A stretch of 64,000 nucleotides of DNA from an uncultured delta proteobacterium. GTDB taxonomy: Bacteria; Desulfobacterota; Desulfobacteria; Desulfobacterales; QNYZ01. Under the pieces are notes generated by a model that did no database searches, was not told the DNA's origin, and worked only from the letters and a program-made list of their open reading frames with translations. The translations under genes and the position numbers were made by a program. Positions 50,811-61,600 of this stretch are shown piece after piece. Each line of letters begins with the position of its first letter. Within the stretch, counting starts at the first letter, position 1. Where the stretch lies: contig CAWJQU010000015.1 in NCBI GenBank assembly GCA_963845145.1, forward strand, positions 1 to 64,000, read 5' to 3'.

Positions 50811-52247
50811 TCACCGCTCGATCAGGGTGCCCAAAACAGATCGCAAACGATAAGTTCCCACAATATAGTCGATTTCGGTGGCGAGCAGATCGACCTGGGC
50901 CCGTTGGCGCTCAGTTTCCGCTTCGATGACGTCAAAGTTATCGGCCATATCATAGTTGAATTTTACCTTGGCCAGGGCAAGCTTGGCTTCCGCCTGACCG
51001 GCCTGGTCCCGTCGAATCTGGATCCTTTCCAGATTTTTATCCAGTGCCTGCAACTGCCGTCGCACCTCCAATTTAATTTGATCTTGCTGCTGGGTAAGAT
51101 TTAACTGCGCCGTCTTGACGTTTAGCATGCTTTGGCGGCGCGCAACTTTTTCACGACTGCGGGCCCAGTCCGTATCGCTGGTCAGATTGATTGCCCAGCG
51201 ATCTTCGCCCGAAGTGACGCTTTCACTGAATTCATCCGAAAAACCGAATCGTTTGTAATCCATAACCAGATCTAACCGGGGCAACAGGTTATGTTTCGCA
51301 AGGTCGGCGTTTCTTTGGGATTCCGTAATATCGTCCTTACGTTGATCAATTTCAATCCGATGCGACAGGGCCACTTCGGTAGCATCTTTTAGCGCGATAC
51401 CTATCGGTTCGAATGACATCGGTGTGGAAACAGAAAAGTCTTTTTCCAAAGGAAAAGATAGGATAAGCTTTAACCGATCTTCAGCATTCGATAACGCTTC
51501 CTTGGCAGAGGCCAGGCTGTTTTCAGCGTCCTTTTTCCGAATTTGGGCCCGATAAATATCAATGGGCGTGGCCAGGCCAACCCTTTCCTTGATTTTGGCT
51601 GTGGCGGCATGTCCTTCTAACCGGTCCCGCTGAAACGAATACATTTTCACCAGTTCCGCTTGCTTGGCTATATCATAGGCGGCTGCGACAGTGTCCAACA
51701 CCACATTGACACGGTTTTTGTAAATCGTTCGTTCAGATGACCGCAGGGAAAACCGAGAACCATATACGGAATCAAGATTTACTTTTTTACCAACACCCCT
51801 TAACAGCGGAATGCCAAGAGACACCGCCGTGGTGCCGGCATACTCATCCTCCGCCCATTCGAACCCCGGTGAAAGCGATGCTCGAATACCGGAATAAAAT
51901 TTTTTTCCAAAACCAATCCCGCCCCCAATGGTCTCTCTTCCGTCGTCAATTCCCACGCGACTGAAAGGCCTAATTTTGACATCAAATTCAGATCGAACGG
52001 ATTCAAGCGAAAGTTGCTGGTTTTGCAAACTATACCCTGATTGAAGTAAATTCCGATTGGCCCTTAAAGCGTAATCGATGGCTTCGGTTAGCGTTAAGGA
52101 TACAGTGGCTGTTTCAGCCGATGATACGGGTTTGAAAGCCTGTGAATATACGTCCAGTGAAAACATACAAAGAAAAGCGATAAGAATCGTACAAGTTCGT
52201 ATGAAACGTTTGGATGCCATTGTAATATCGCCTGAGCCAATCAACAT
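50811..52247 (-). CDS. TolC-family outer membrane protein
   Basis: Signal peptide, LTLTEAIDYALRAN, LPRLDL, repeated helical halves. Confidence 0.88.
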   Translation of the reverse strand: MLIGSGDITMASKRFIRTCTILIAFLCMFSLDVYSQAFKPVSSAETATVSLTLTEAIDYALRANRNLLQSGYSLQNQQLSLESVRSEFDVKIRPFSRVGIDDGRETIGGGIGFGKKFYSGIRASLSPGFEWAEDEYAGTTAVSLGIPLLRGVGKKVNLDSVYGSRFSLRSSERTIYKNRVNVVLDTVAAAYDIAKQAELVKMYSFQRDRLEGHAATAKIKERVGLATPIDIYRAQIRKKDAENSLASAKEALSNAEDRLKLILSFPLEKDFSVSTPMSFEPIGIALKDATEVALSHRIEIDQRKDDITESQRNADLAKHNLLPRLDLVMDYKRFGFSDEFSESVTSGEDRWAINLTSDTDWARSREKVARRQSMLNVKTAQLNLTQQQDQIKLEVRRQLQALDKNLERIQIRRDQAGQAEAKLALAKVKFNYDMADNFDVIEAETERQRAQVDLLATEIDYIVGTYRLRSVLGTLIER

Positions 52248-52275
52248 TTTTTTGAAATAACCAATTATTATAATG

Positions 52276-52300
52276 AAAAAGGGGGATTATCAACCCCCCT
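52276..52300 (-). terminator. intrinsic terminator candidate between the CsgG operon and tolC
   Basis: Minus strand GGGGGTT-GAT-AATCCCCC followed by TTTTT. Confidence 0.65.
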
Positions 52301-52346
52301 TCATTCTAATTTTCAGGACGATTAAAAAATCGCTCCAAAAATATTG

Positions 52347-53519
52347 CTATGGACAATTTACAGTAAAACTCCACGACGTAAATGATCCTCCGGAACAGTT
52401 GGGAAATACATTGACTCTAATCACCTCAGCACTACCGGAATACGTAATAGGGACTCTCCTGTCACCCCGGGTGCCGACGCAACCGGAATCGAAAAGCACC
52501 CTACCCTCATAAGCCACTTGCATTCTATCGCGTACAGCAACGGTATCGTATTGAAATATGAATGTACCTGAGCTTTGTCCAAGATAAATCGTATGCGATT
52601 CAGGCGCATTGCTACCTTCTTGTGTTTCTTGATTACATGGCACTGAACCGGCAGGGCCCTCATCATCGTCATCATCACTACTCGCCGCCGCGATACCCGC
52701 CGCAGCGCCTCCCCCTATGACCACCGCTGTCCCCAAACCGATCCCAACCACGGCTGCTGTCGATAAACCGGTAGAGGCGGCAATCGTTCCGGCGGAAGAA
52801 GCACCCGTGGCCGAGGTCCCGCCAATAGTAGCGACCTGTTCGGCCGTGTAAATACCTTCAGCCAACACGCCGTAGCTAGATGCTGCCGGCACCTGGGATA
52901 CGGTAATCCCATCATAAAAACCTTTTAAGGAAGCAAGCGATTCATCCACTTCGGTTAAAACCGTCATGACATCCTGGGACTCAATTTGATACTTGGCCTT
53001 TTTTTTACGATACTTTTCACGAAGCACTTTTCGTAAGGCTTCATATTCTTCTACTGCTTCCTGGGCTCTATCTATCCGTACCTCTTCAACCTCGCTGGCG
53101 TCTTGCCACTCCGCCGCTTCATCTGTTTCAGCCTCTACAATTTTGAAAATTTGCGTTCTTGTTACCTGTTTCGCCTTATTGACCGAGACGAATGTATACT
53201 CGATGAATTCCGAATTTACCCAGGGTGCCGGTAATATAGCCTGGTATTCGTTGCTGTCGATTTGATTGAGGTTGACAAAAGTATAGACTTTATCATTTTT
53301 AGCTTTAAAGTAGCACCGCTTCGCTAAAAGGCCTGTTTTATCTTTTATCTTGGCGTCCAATTGGATCCGAAAACCAGGGATGTACTCATCCTTAGGGGGT
53401 TTGTGTTTTATTTTGGTTTTTACGCCTTCTGCTGCCGCCCAAATCGTTTGCGCCGGAATCGCTAAAAAGATGATGAGCGTCACTGCCAGAAATTTTACAA
53501 ACAAACGCTTTTTCCCCAT
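52347..53519 (-). CDS. exported protein with Gly/Ala-rich hydrophobic segment and Cys-containing C-terminal beta domain
   Basis: Signal peptide; GLSTAAVVGIGLGTAVVIGGGAAAGIAAASSDDDDD; terminal domain ending WSFTVNCP. Confidence 0.8.
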   Translation of the reverse strand: MGKKRLFVKFLAVTLIIFLAIPAQTIWAAAEGVKTKIKHKPPKDEYIPGFRIQLDAKIKDKTGLLAKRCYFKAKNDKVYTFVNLNQIDSNEYQAILPAPWVNSEFIEYTFVSVNKAKQVTRTQIFKIVEAETDEAAEWQDASEVEEVRIDRAQEAVEEYEALRKVLREKYRKKKAKYQIESQDVMTVLTEVDESLASLKGFYDGITVSQVPAASSYGVLAEGIYTAEQVATIGGTSATGASSAGTIAASTGLSTAAVVGIGLGTAVVIGGGAAAGIAAASSDDDDDEGPAGSVPCNQETQEGSNAPESHTIYLGQSSGTFIFQYDTVAVRDRMQVAYEGRVLFDSGCVGTRGDRRVPITYSGSAEVIRVNVFPNCSGGSFTSWSFTVNCP

Positions 53520-53552
53520 CTAACCCTCCTTTTTTAATTTACCTTTAGTCAA

Positions 53553-54317
53553 TTACTCATTCACTCTAAAAAACGGTTTCGGAATCGTCTCGCACAACTT
53601 AATGACCGAGCGGTAGATACAATCCCGGATGGCCAATTCCACCGGTGTATTCTTAACGGCTTCCAGGCTGACCGGTATATCATAGCCACTAATCGTCGCC
53701 CCTACCGAGGCACCGCCCGAGTGTGCCGTCCCATCGATAAAATGGGTGGCCACCACCTCGCCGCTGGCCGAATCAACCACGCGCAGGTTGATGGTTATTT
53801 TGGCCATGTGGTGCTTCCCTCCGACTTTCATCGGCACCCATGGCAATTTTACGCGCAGTCCACCGCCCCCGGCCTCGGCCGCGACAATTGCCCCGTAAAT
53901 CAATAGCTCCGCCGGCCGCATTTCTCCCTGGGCCAAAATGGCATCCGGGTTCGACATAAATGAATCCGAAAGAAGTTGTTCGGCGGTCAACCCTTTCATG
54001 TCCATGCGATCCACGACAATAAAGTAGTTGGATTCAAACAGGGCCGTCATCAGCATCTCGCGAAGGCCATCACCTAAATCCTTGGGTGCGCCTTTTAATC
54101 GTACGCCGAAATCTCCCACCGCAAGGATGCATTTCGCCCCCTGATATGCTTGACCCATCGGAATTTCCGAGGCTTCTATAAAACACGTGGATATGAATAA
54201 ACAAAGTATCGTTGTCCAAGTGCTTTTAAACCATCTTTCAAATGTCCATGCCATAAAAAATACCCTGCGCTCACCTGTCAGTTTGAAAAACGTCCCGCAT
54301 GTCGTCAACATGGACAT
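53553..54317 (-). CDS. CsgG/HfaB-family protein (paralog 2)
   Basis: LAVGDF, GDGLREMLMTAL..SNYFIVVDR, LLIYGAI, INLRVVDSASGEVV, TPVELAIRDCI; start uncertain. Confidence 0.85.
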   Translation of the reverse strand: MSMLTTCGTFFKLTGERRVFFMAWTFERWFKSTWTTILCLFISTCFIEASEIPMGQAYQGAKCILAVGDFGVRLKGAPKDLGDGLREMLMTALFESNYFIVVDRMDMKGLTAEQLLSDSFMSNPDAILAQGEMRPAELLIYGAIVAAEAGGGGLRVKLPWVPMKVGGKHHMAKITINLRVVDSASGEVVATHFIDGTAHSGGASVGATISGYDIPVSLEAVKNTPVELAIRDCIYRSVIKLCETIPKPFFRVNE

Positions 54318-55195
54318 TACGGTGAATAAGTAATATTCATATTCGTCTTCTGATTTTTTTTAAGTTCATATTTTTGCGTGCTTTTTCCTTTAACCACACT
54401 GGTAAACGTGACCGTTGCCGTATTGGGGGGTATTTTCCCTTCATTCAAGGCCCTGAACCCAAATACAATAATATCCGCATTCATGGTGATCGATCGGGAT
54501 TGGGGCGCTTTGGTCAAGGTGATCCCCGAGAACACCGCTTTTCCGTTAATCAGAATGTCGATCATATCCCCGTCTTGCCGGCCGTGATCAAAAAAGGTGA
54601 CCGTTATGGTTTTGGAATTAACGGTGATGTCGTCCATCCCCTTTTCCTCCACCACCGTGACCATGGCCGTCGCACTTACATCCTGATAGGTGGCTTTGAC
54701 CGTGTATTGCCCGATCGTTCCTTTGCTGAAAGGATTCCCCGGACTCCAAACAGCTTCAGCGGTGACATCCTTGGTCGTACCGTCGTCCATTTGTAAAGTA
54801 GCCTTAAACGTGACCGCTTCATTGAGCTTGACGGCCTTGTTGGCCGGGCTGATAATCAGGCCCTTTGGTTTTGTATCCGATGTATCGGCACAATGACCGT
54901 CCTTGCACACTTGCCCTTTAGGACAATCCGAATCGCTTTGACAATCATCATCCTTATTCACACACTTACCGTCTTCACACGTCTGACCAGCCGGACACGG
55001 CTTGCGGTCATTGCATTCGGTGCCGACAAACGTTTGTGTATCGTCGATACTTTCATCCAGATCATCGGAAGTAAAACCGTCCCGAGAGGTATTGGCCCCC
55101 TGATCCGTGATGGTCTGCTGGGCATTGTCCTGCTGGCGTTCGCCTTCCCTTTGGGTTAGCAGGTCCGTGCTATCATCGTGGGCATCATCGAAGGG
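54317..55195. repeat. copy 1 of ~880-bp near-identical direct repeat (3' end of gene)
   Basis: Aligns to 57744-58622 at constant offset 3427 with scattered substitutions. Confidence 0.92.
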
Positions 55196-57727
55196 TGATT
55201 TGCACTGCCCGGATACGCAAACATATCCTCGTTCACAATCGCTGTCGTCCGCGCATCCGCCATCCGTTCGTTTTTGATCGCAAAGATCGCCGATACCGTT
55301 ATTGTTGCTGTCATGCTGATCGGGATTGGGTTTGTCCGGGCAATTATCCTGATCATCCGGTACGCCGTCCCCGTCGCGATCTTTTTTCTGTTCGCAGGCA
55401 TCGCCAAGCCCGTTGTTATCATTGTCCGCCTGGTCCGCATTCGCTGTGTCAGAACAATTATCGTTACAATCCGGTATGCCATCTCCATCTTTGTCTGTAT
55501 CGGACGTTCCGCAGCCACACTCGCCCGGCTCGACCTTATCGGCATCATCGGGGCAATTATCATTACAATCCGGCGTCCCGTCGCCATCCTTGTCTGTTTC
55601 CGGGGTGCCGCAGCCGCAGTCCCCCGGTTCGGTTTTATCCGCGTCATCGGGGCAATTATCCTTACAATCCGGGGTACTATCGCCGTCCTTGTCCGTTTCG
55701 GGAGTTCCGCAACCACATTCGCCCGGTTCAGACTTATTCGGGTCATCCTTGCATTTGTCTTTGCTATCGTTTACGCCATCACCATCCGAATCCTTTTGAG
55801 AATCGGCACATCCAACCGCGTCCACTTTTAACCCGGATGGCGTTCCCGGACATTTATCCCTACTGTCTTTTACACCGTCTTTATCGCTGTCTTTTTGGGT
55901 CTTGCCGCATCCGGTAGCATCGACCGGCACCCCTTTCGGTGTTCCCGGGCACTTGTCATTGTCATCGACAACCCCATCGCCATCTTTGTCACTGCTATTT
56001 CCTGTTTTTCGACACCCATAGGCATCGTCAAAATAGGTGCTCAGTTGTGCCATTCGGGCGCCGCCTTCACCCCAGGTCATGTTGGCGCCCACCAGCTCAT
56101 ACTGGGGTTTGTTGTAACGGGGCGAATCGCATTTGGCTTTTACGAAGTGAAAGCAGGGCGGTGGGTCACCGAACATTTTATAGCGCCAAACACAAAAATC
56201 ACCACCGGATCCGGAAGCCACATTGGCCGGCGGCCGTATACCGGGTCCGCCACTAGGAAGTTCTCCCTTGGCCAGTACGGATACGTTGATGACGATAGTG
56301 ACCGACCCGGTACCCTTTTGACTGACAGTCATTGTGACCGGCGTGATACCTTTGGGGGCTGTGCTTTTGGCCCGAAAGCTTTCTGAAAAGATATACCGAT
56401 CATAAAAATCCGTAACACCCGGGGTGAACATCAAGCTGGGCGGCGCCGATGTATCGCCCGGAAAAATCTCGATGCCGCTTCTTTTGGCATACTCAACCTT
56501 TACCTTGACGCGATTGCCATTGTCTTTCCAACCCTTGACAATCAGACCACACCCGCGACCCACAAAATCCCCGGGAGCCAATTCAAACGAATTACCGCAA
56601 TCGAATTGCACACTAAAAGGGCTCTCCTGAGCCGTTGGCGGAGGCGGAGGTGGTTTGACTTCAGGCCCTTTTTCAGGGGCTGTATTTCCCGGCTTGGTTG
56701 GTTTTGGGGGTGATTTTGTTGGCGGCGTAATTGTCGGTGGTGGTTGTGGCGGTTTCGGTCCAGGTGATCTCTTTTTGATTTTCACGGTCGCATGACCGCT
56801 CCATAGACGGCCTCCTTGATCGGCGGGTGCCTGATACGTAGCGCGAACGGTCACGGTGGTTCCCGCGGTGTGGTCTTTACCTCTAACGATGCCGCCGGGA
56901 GCACCTGTCCATGTCGAACGAACATTATATTGATCCGTGGAGCCATCTTCAAACCGGACTTTGGCTTTACAAATGGCCGACTCATCGGTAAAAATTTCAG
57001 ACGGATCGCACTCTACCCAATACTTAACGATCTTTCTTCGCTGCTTTTTAAGCTTCAGTTGTTTAAGCTCAGCAGCGACTCTCTTTTCATCACCCAGAAT
57101 GGAAAGTTGATTTTGTCGCTTTTGTTTCATCTCGGCGTTGTTCTTGATCATATCGCTGAGTATCTGTTTGACAGCGGGAACCGTTATAAAACCAGTCGTT
57201 GTAAAATGGCCAGGCAACCCGTATAAACCCGGACCGAGATGTAAATTGCCGTCCACATCCAACCTGAAAAAGGGGGCCAGATCGGCGTTATAACCACTTA
57301 TAATAGCCTCTCGAAGTTTTTTTGGGGTGAGTTTGACAAGTTCTATTTTGTCTTCAACTTTTGATAATCTTTTTCTTGCATCCTGAAGTTTATTATCCAA
57401 TTGCGTTTCAAAAGCGATGTCGGCCTGAATGATATCCTCAGGCGGGCGGGTATCACCGGGATGCTCTTGAGACAGGTCGGCACGTACACCATCGGCCTGG
57501 GCTTTGACCTTTGTAATCTCTAACTCTTTGGCTTTAATTTCGGTATCGATATCTGCCGCATGAAGTGCGGTAACATTGTAGTACGATACCCAACCTACTA
57601 GGAGGATCAGTAAAAATCGCAAAGCCAATTCTGCGATCTGCGGTAAGGTTAAAAGCCTGCGACATTGTGGTTTAGTAAAAAGATCATTACGACCAACTCT
57701 TGCGTGGTTCTTTTTTTGGTTTATCAT
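54317..57727 (-). CDS. large exported Cys/Asp-rich protein (coiled coil, Ig-like, Pro linker, thrombospondin type 3-like repeats, shared C-terminal module)
   Basis: N-terminal hydrophobic segment; DxDGDG..D..DxC repeats; CxxDxDC motifs; Ig-like domain before the terminal domain. Confidence 0.85.
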   Translation of the reverse strand: MINQKKNHARVGRNDLFTKPQCRRLLTLPQIAELALRFLLILLVGWVSYYNVTALHAADIDTEIKAKELEITKVKAQADGVRADLSQEHPGDTRPPEDIIQADIAFETQLDNKLQDARKRLSKVEDKIELVKLTPKKLREAIISGYNADLAPFFRLDVDGNLHLGPGLYGLPGHFTTTGFITVPAVKQILSDMIKNNAEMKQKRQNQLSILGDEKRVAAELKQLKLKKQRRKIVKYWVECDPSEIFTDESAICKAKVRFEDGSTDQYNVRSTWTGAPGGIVRGKDHTAGTTVTVRATYQAPADQGGRLWSGHATVKIKKRSPGPKPPQPPPTITPPTKSPPKPTKPGNTAPEKGPEVKPPPPPPTAQESPFSVQFDCGNSFELAPGDFVGRGCGLIVKGWKDNGNRVKVKVEYAKRSGIEIFPGDTSAPPSLMFTPGVTDFYDRYIFSESFRAKSTAPKGITPVTMTVSQKGTGSVTIVINVSVLAKGELPSGGPGIRPPANVASGSGGDFCVWRYKMFGDPPPCFHFVKAKCDSPRYNKPQYELVGANMTWGEGGARMAQLSTYFDDAYGCRKTGNSSDKDGDGVVDDNDKCPGTPKGVPVDATGCGKTQKDSDKDGVKDSRDKCPGTPSGLKVDAVGCADSQKDSDGDGVNDSKDKCKDDPNKSEPGECGCGTPETDKDGDSTPDCKDNCPDDADKTEPGDCGCGTPETDKDGDGTPDCNDNCPDDADKVEPGECGCGTSDTDKDGDGIPDCNDNCSDTANADQADNDNNGLGDACEQKKDRDGDGVPDDQDNCPDKPNPDQHDSNNNGIGDLCDQKRTDGGCADDSDCERGYVCVSGQCKSPFDDAHDDSTDLLTQREGERQQDNAQQTITDQGANTSRDGFTSDDLDESIDDTQTFVGTECNDRKPCPAGQTCEDGKCVNKDDDCQSDSDCPKGQVCKDGHCADTSDTKPKGLIISPANKAVKLNEAVTFKATLQMDDGTTKDVTAEAVWSPGNPFSKGTIGQYTVKATYQDVSATAMVTVVEEKGMDDITVNSKTITVTFFDHGRQDGDMIDILINGKAVFSGITLTKAPQSRSITMNADIIVFGFRALNEGKIPPNTATVTFTSVVKGKSTQKYELKKNQKTNMNITYSP
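55463..55759 (-). repeat. three tandem 99-bp (33-aa) repeats
   Basis: DNCPDDADKTEPGDCGCGTPETDKDGDGTPDCN-type unit x3. Confidence 0.85.
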
Positions 57728-57743
57728 TTTGTCCCCTTTATCA

Positions 57744-58622
57744 TCACGGAGAGTAAGATATATTCATATTGGTCTTCTGATTTTTTTTAAGTTCATATTT
57801 TTGCGTGCTTTTTCCTTTAACCACACTGGTAAACGTGACCGTTGCCGTATTGGGGGGTATTTTCCCTTCATTCAATGCCCTGAACCCAAATACAATGATA
57901 TCCGCATTCATGGTGATCGATCGGGATTGGGGCGCTTTGGTCAAGGTGATCCCCGAGAACACCACTTTTCCGTTAATCAGAATGTCGATCATATCCCCGT
58001 CTTGCCGGCCGTGATCAAAAAAGGTGACCGTTATGGTTTTGGAATTAACGGTGATGTCGTCCATCCCCTTTTCCTCCACCACCGTGACCATGGCCGTCGC
58101 ACTTACATCCTGATAGGTGGCCTGGACCGTGTATTGCCCGATCGTTCCTTTACTGAAAGGATTGTTCGGACTCCAAACAGCTTCAGCGGTGACATCCTTG
58201 GTCGTACCGTCGTCCATTTGTAAAGTAGCCTTAAACGTGACCGCTTCATTGAGCTTGACGGCCTTGTTGGCCGGGCTGATAATCAGGCCCTTTGGTTTTG
58301 TATCCGATTTATCGGCACAATGACCGTCCTTGCACACTTGCCCTTTAGGACAATCCGAATCGCTTTGACAATCATCATCCTTATTCACACACTTACCGTC
58401 TTCACACGTCTGACCAGCCGGACACGGCTTGCGGTCATTGCATTCGGTGCCGACAAACGTTTGTGTATCGTCGATACTTTCATCCAGATCATCGGAAGTA
58501 AAACCGTCCCGACCGGTATTGGCCCCCTGATCCGTAGTGGTCTGCTGGGCATTGTCCTGGTTACGTTCACCTTCCCTTTGGGTCAGCAAGTCGGTTGTAT
58601 CATCATGGTCATCATCGAAGGG
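57744..58622. repeat. copy 2 of ~880-bp near-identical direct repeat
   Basis: Matches 54317-55195. Confidence 0.92.
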
Positions 58623-61600
58623 ATCCGTGCAACGTCCGGTTTTCGGGTTGCAGACGTACCCTTTGGGACAATCCGGATCCGTCTCGCATCCTGTTTTTTT
58701 ACAGATACCATTGATGCGGTTGTACCCGGTTGCACAAACACATTTACCGCTTTTGTCTCGTTTTTCATTGGCTTCGCAGGGTGTTTCCAACGCCTTGCAT
58801 TTCCGGACCGCTTGCTGCGCGCAGCGGCCGGCGTTCTCCGCATCGGCTTTGGCCGCGGGGCCAAAAATTTCACCCATATCGCTGTTGGTTCTCAATTCAT
58901 TTAAATCTCCGCCTAAGTCGGCATTCCGACACTTGCTTAGGTTTTCCACTGCGGCGGTCAGTGCTGTAATTTTGACTTTTGCGTCATTAACGGCCGCCTT
59001 GACCTTGTCACCGGCGATTTTGGCCTGGGTCGCCGCTTCTCCGGCCAACTGATTACGCCGGGCGGCAATCTCATTCACGTTTGCCGCCTCGCCACTGATT
59101 TGATTTGCCTCGGCGGTTAGAGCCGGGTCGACTCCGGTTAGAAGTCCACGGATTTGGCCCACAAGTCCGAATACTTTTTGAGCGGCTGTATTGGCATCGG
59201 TGGCGGCCGTTTGGGCCTGTTCGACTTCTTGGCCTAGGCCATTCAAATCAATATCTGCCAATTTGGCGTTGGCCGCGGTAATCTGATCTTTGAGCGCCTG
59301 AATGGCCCCCGGAATCTTGCGCAGTAATTCGTCAAAAGAATTCAATGCGCTTTTTGATTTCAAAGAATCGTAAAGCGATTTCATTTTCCCTGCGGCTTCG
59401 GCGGCCATTTGCGCGGCTTCGAGAGCGCTGGATGCCTGAGCTTGAGCCTCGGCGGCTTTTTCCTCGCACTGCTTTTTATCTATGGCGCCACCCGCCGCTT
59501 TGGCGCCCTCACATGCACTTTTACGGGCGTTGGCGGCACCTTCGTAGCCTTTTTTCAGTTTGGCCATGTGGCCCGCCGAAGCCGCTGTCGCGGCCTGGAT
59601 TTCACTTTCCAGCTGTTTACCTTGCGCCTGGGCTTGGGCGCAGGCGGTCAGCAGTTCATCGGAATTTACGGCAGAAGTAGATACGCTGTCTAAAGCCCCG
59701 GAAGCCGCCGCCAACATACCGGCCAGCCTGTTTTTAGCGTTATCGGCAACCACAAATTTGTCGATGACGACGCCACCACGCTCGCGCGCTTTGTCCAATA
59801 ACCGCCGGGCTTCATCCAGGGCAGCGGAATCAAGGGTATCGTCCTCTTCACCGGTGCAGGTTTTGGCTTTTCGTTTTAGTTTTTCAAAGGCATTACGATA
59901 GCGTCTGTCTTTTTCATCCATCTTTTGCAAACGCTCTTTGTATTCGGACAGATCCAGATCCTGTAATTTGCGACAATCCCCCAGAGCCTTATTAAGATTT
60001 TGCTTGTGGATCTCCAAACGATCCTTTACCCCGTCAAATCCCAATAGACTATCGGCCAACTTTTTTAAACCCGCCTCCACTTTAGCTTTCTGAGCGTCAA
60101 AATCCTTTTTAGCTGCGTCGGCATCTCCCAAAATGGTGTAGCGAATGCTATTTTTTTTGCCTTTGAAACGGTTGAAGATGGGATTGTTGATGGTTTTGCG
60201 AATATCGGCATGCAACTGTTTTACTTTTTCAGCGGGCGTATCCACGTTTTGCTGGGCGGCTTTTAGCAAATCGTTCCACCTGTCAATTTGATTCAAGCTG
60301 GAATCAACCGACGTCTGCTTATCCAGCAGGGATTTAACCTCAGTTTTCAACTTTTCCAACTGCTTCAGGTTTGACAGGGCCTTGGTTTTATGGGTGGGAA
60401 TTTGCCTGCTTTTGGAATCTGCGTAACCAAGCCTCTTTTTGAAGGCGATCATTCCTTTCTTTACGAGGGTTTTATCATCTTGATTATCACAAATTTTTTG
60501 GACAATCTCTTTTGCTTTTAACCCCAGATCGCGAATCTGTTTAAGCAGGGTATCGATTGCTTCCAGTTGGGCTTCAATCGTTGTCTCCCAACCGTCGATC
60601 TGGTTGCATTTTTCAAGGCCGGATCCTTTGATCCCTTTTTCAAAATCAGTCAACTCCTCATCAATGGCGCGTTTTTTCTCCTCCATCTTCTCCGAATCGA
60701 AAACATGCTTATTTTTTTTCCAGAAGCCTTCTAGCTTCTCTGTCTCCGCTTTGATGGCGTCGATTTTATCTCGCGCGCTTTTTAAGCTCGTGATCAGCTC
60801 TTTTAACTCTTTGTGATTTTTTGCGGCCTCTAAAAATATCTGAAGCAGCTCCTGTTTCAGTTTTTTGTCATACTCTTCCTGTTGTTTTCGAAGTTTCTCA
60901 CCCAAATCGGCAACTATTTTATTGGCCTCGGCCTCTCTTTGATGTTTTAGAGTGGCCGGGGTAATATTCCGGCTGCGGGCATATTGAATTTCTAAATATT
61001 CGAGTGCCTTGTTCTGATCACCGTGAAATGGATACCGCGCAAAGGCCGTTTGCAAGCTATTATCCATGATCGTATTCATGGCCTGCTCAGGTGTCATTCC
61101 TTGTTGACGCAGGCGATTAAACTGATTGCGGCGATCTTCGGTCAGATAGTCTTTGCTCCACTTTTGAAACCATTCGATCCCGGCCATCTCAAGTTCAACG
61201 GCTTTAAGAAATAGATTACCTGCTCCTGCTCCCACCGTCGGTTTCAATACCCAATCAATGCTGCCTGAAATGATGTCCTTGGAGAGCTGCTTTAAATTTT
61301 CCTGACCTTTCGTTTTCACCATGGATGTCAGCTGACTGCTGGCCTGATCAAACTTTCCGTTTAGTGCGGAAATCGCGATCTGTTTTGCCTGGGCCGAATC
61401 CCACGGCACATATTTTCCAATAATGGCCGCCGGACTATTGGGTTGAATCAATTCGCTGAGCTTCTCATCGATTTTTTCTTTAAATTTGTCATGGAGGTAA
61501 TTAGCCGCCGATGACCCGGCGATATTAAACGCTTGATCAAAGTCACCCCCAGCGGCACTGCCGAGAAAATCCCCGATTTTTTCCGGGTTGACCCCACTTA

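Noticed and set aside
54317..58622. Diversity-generating retroelement TR/VR pair
   Set aside because: The repeat is ~880 bp, both copies are coding, differences are not adenine-specific (C/G changes occur), and no reverse transcriptase is present.
54374..59901. Plus-strand ORFs opposite the two giant genes, and similar short overlapping ORFs across the window
   Set aside because: Antisense or off-frame shadows of well-supported genes, with no recognisable motifs.
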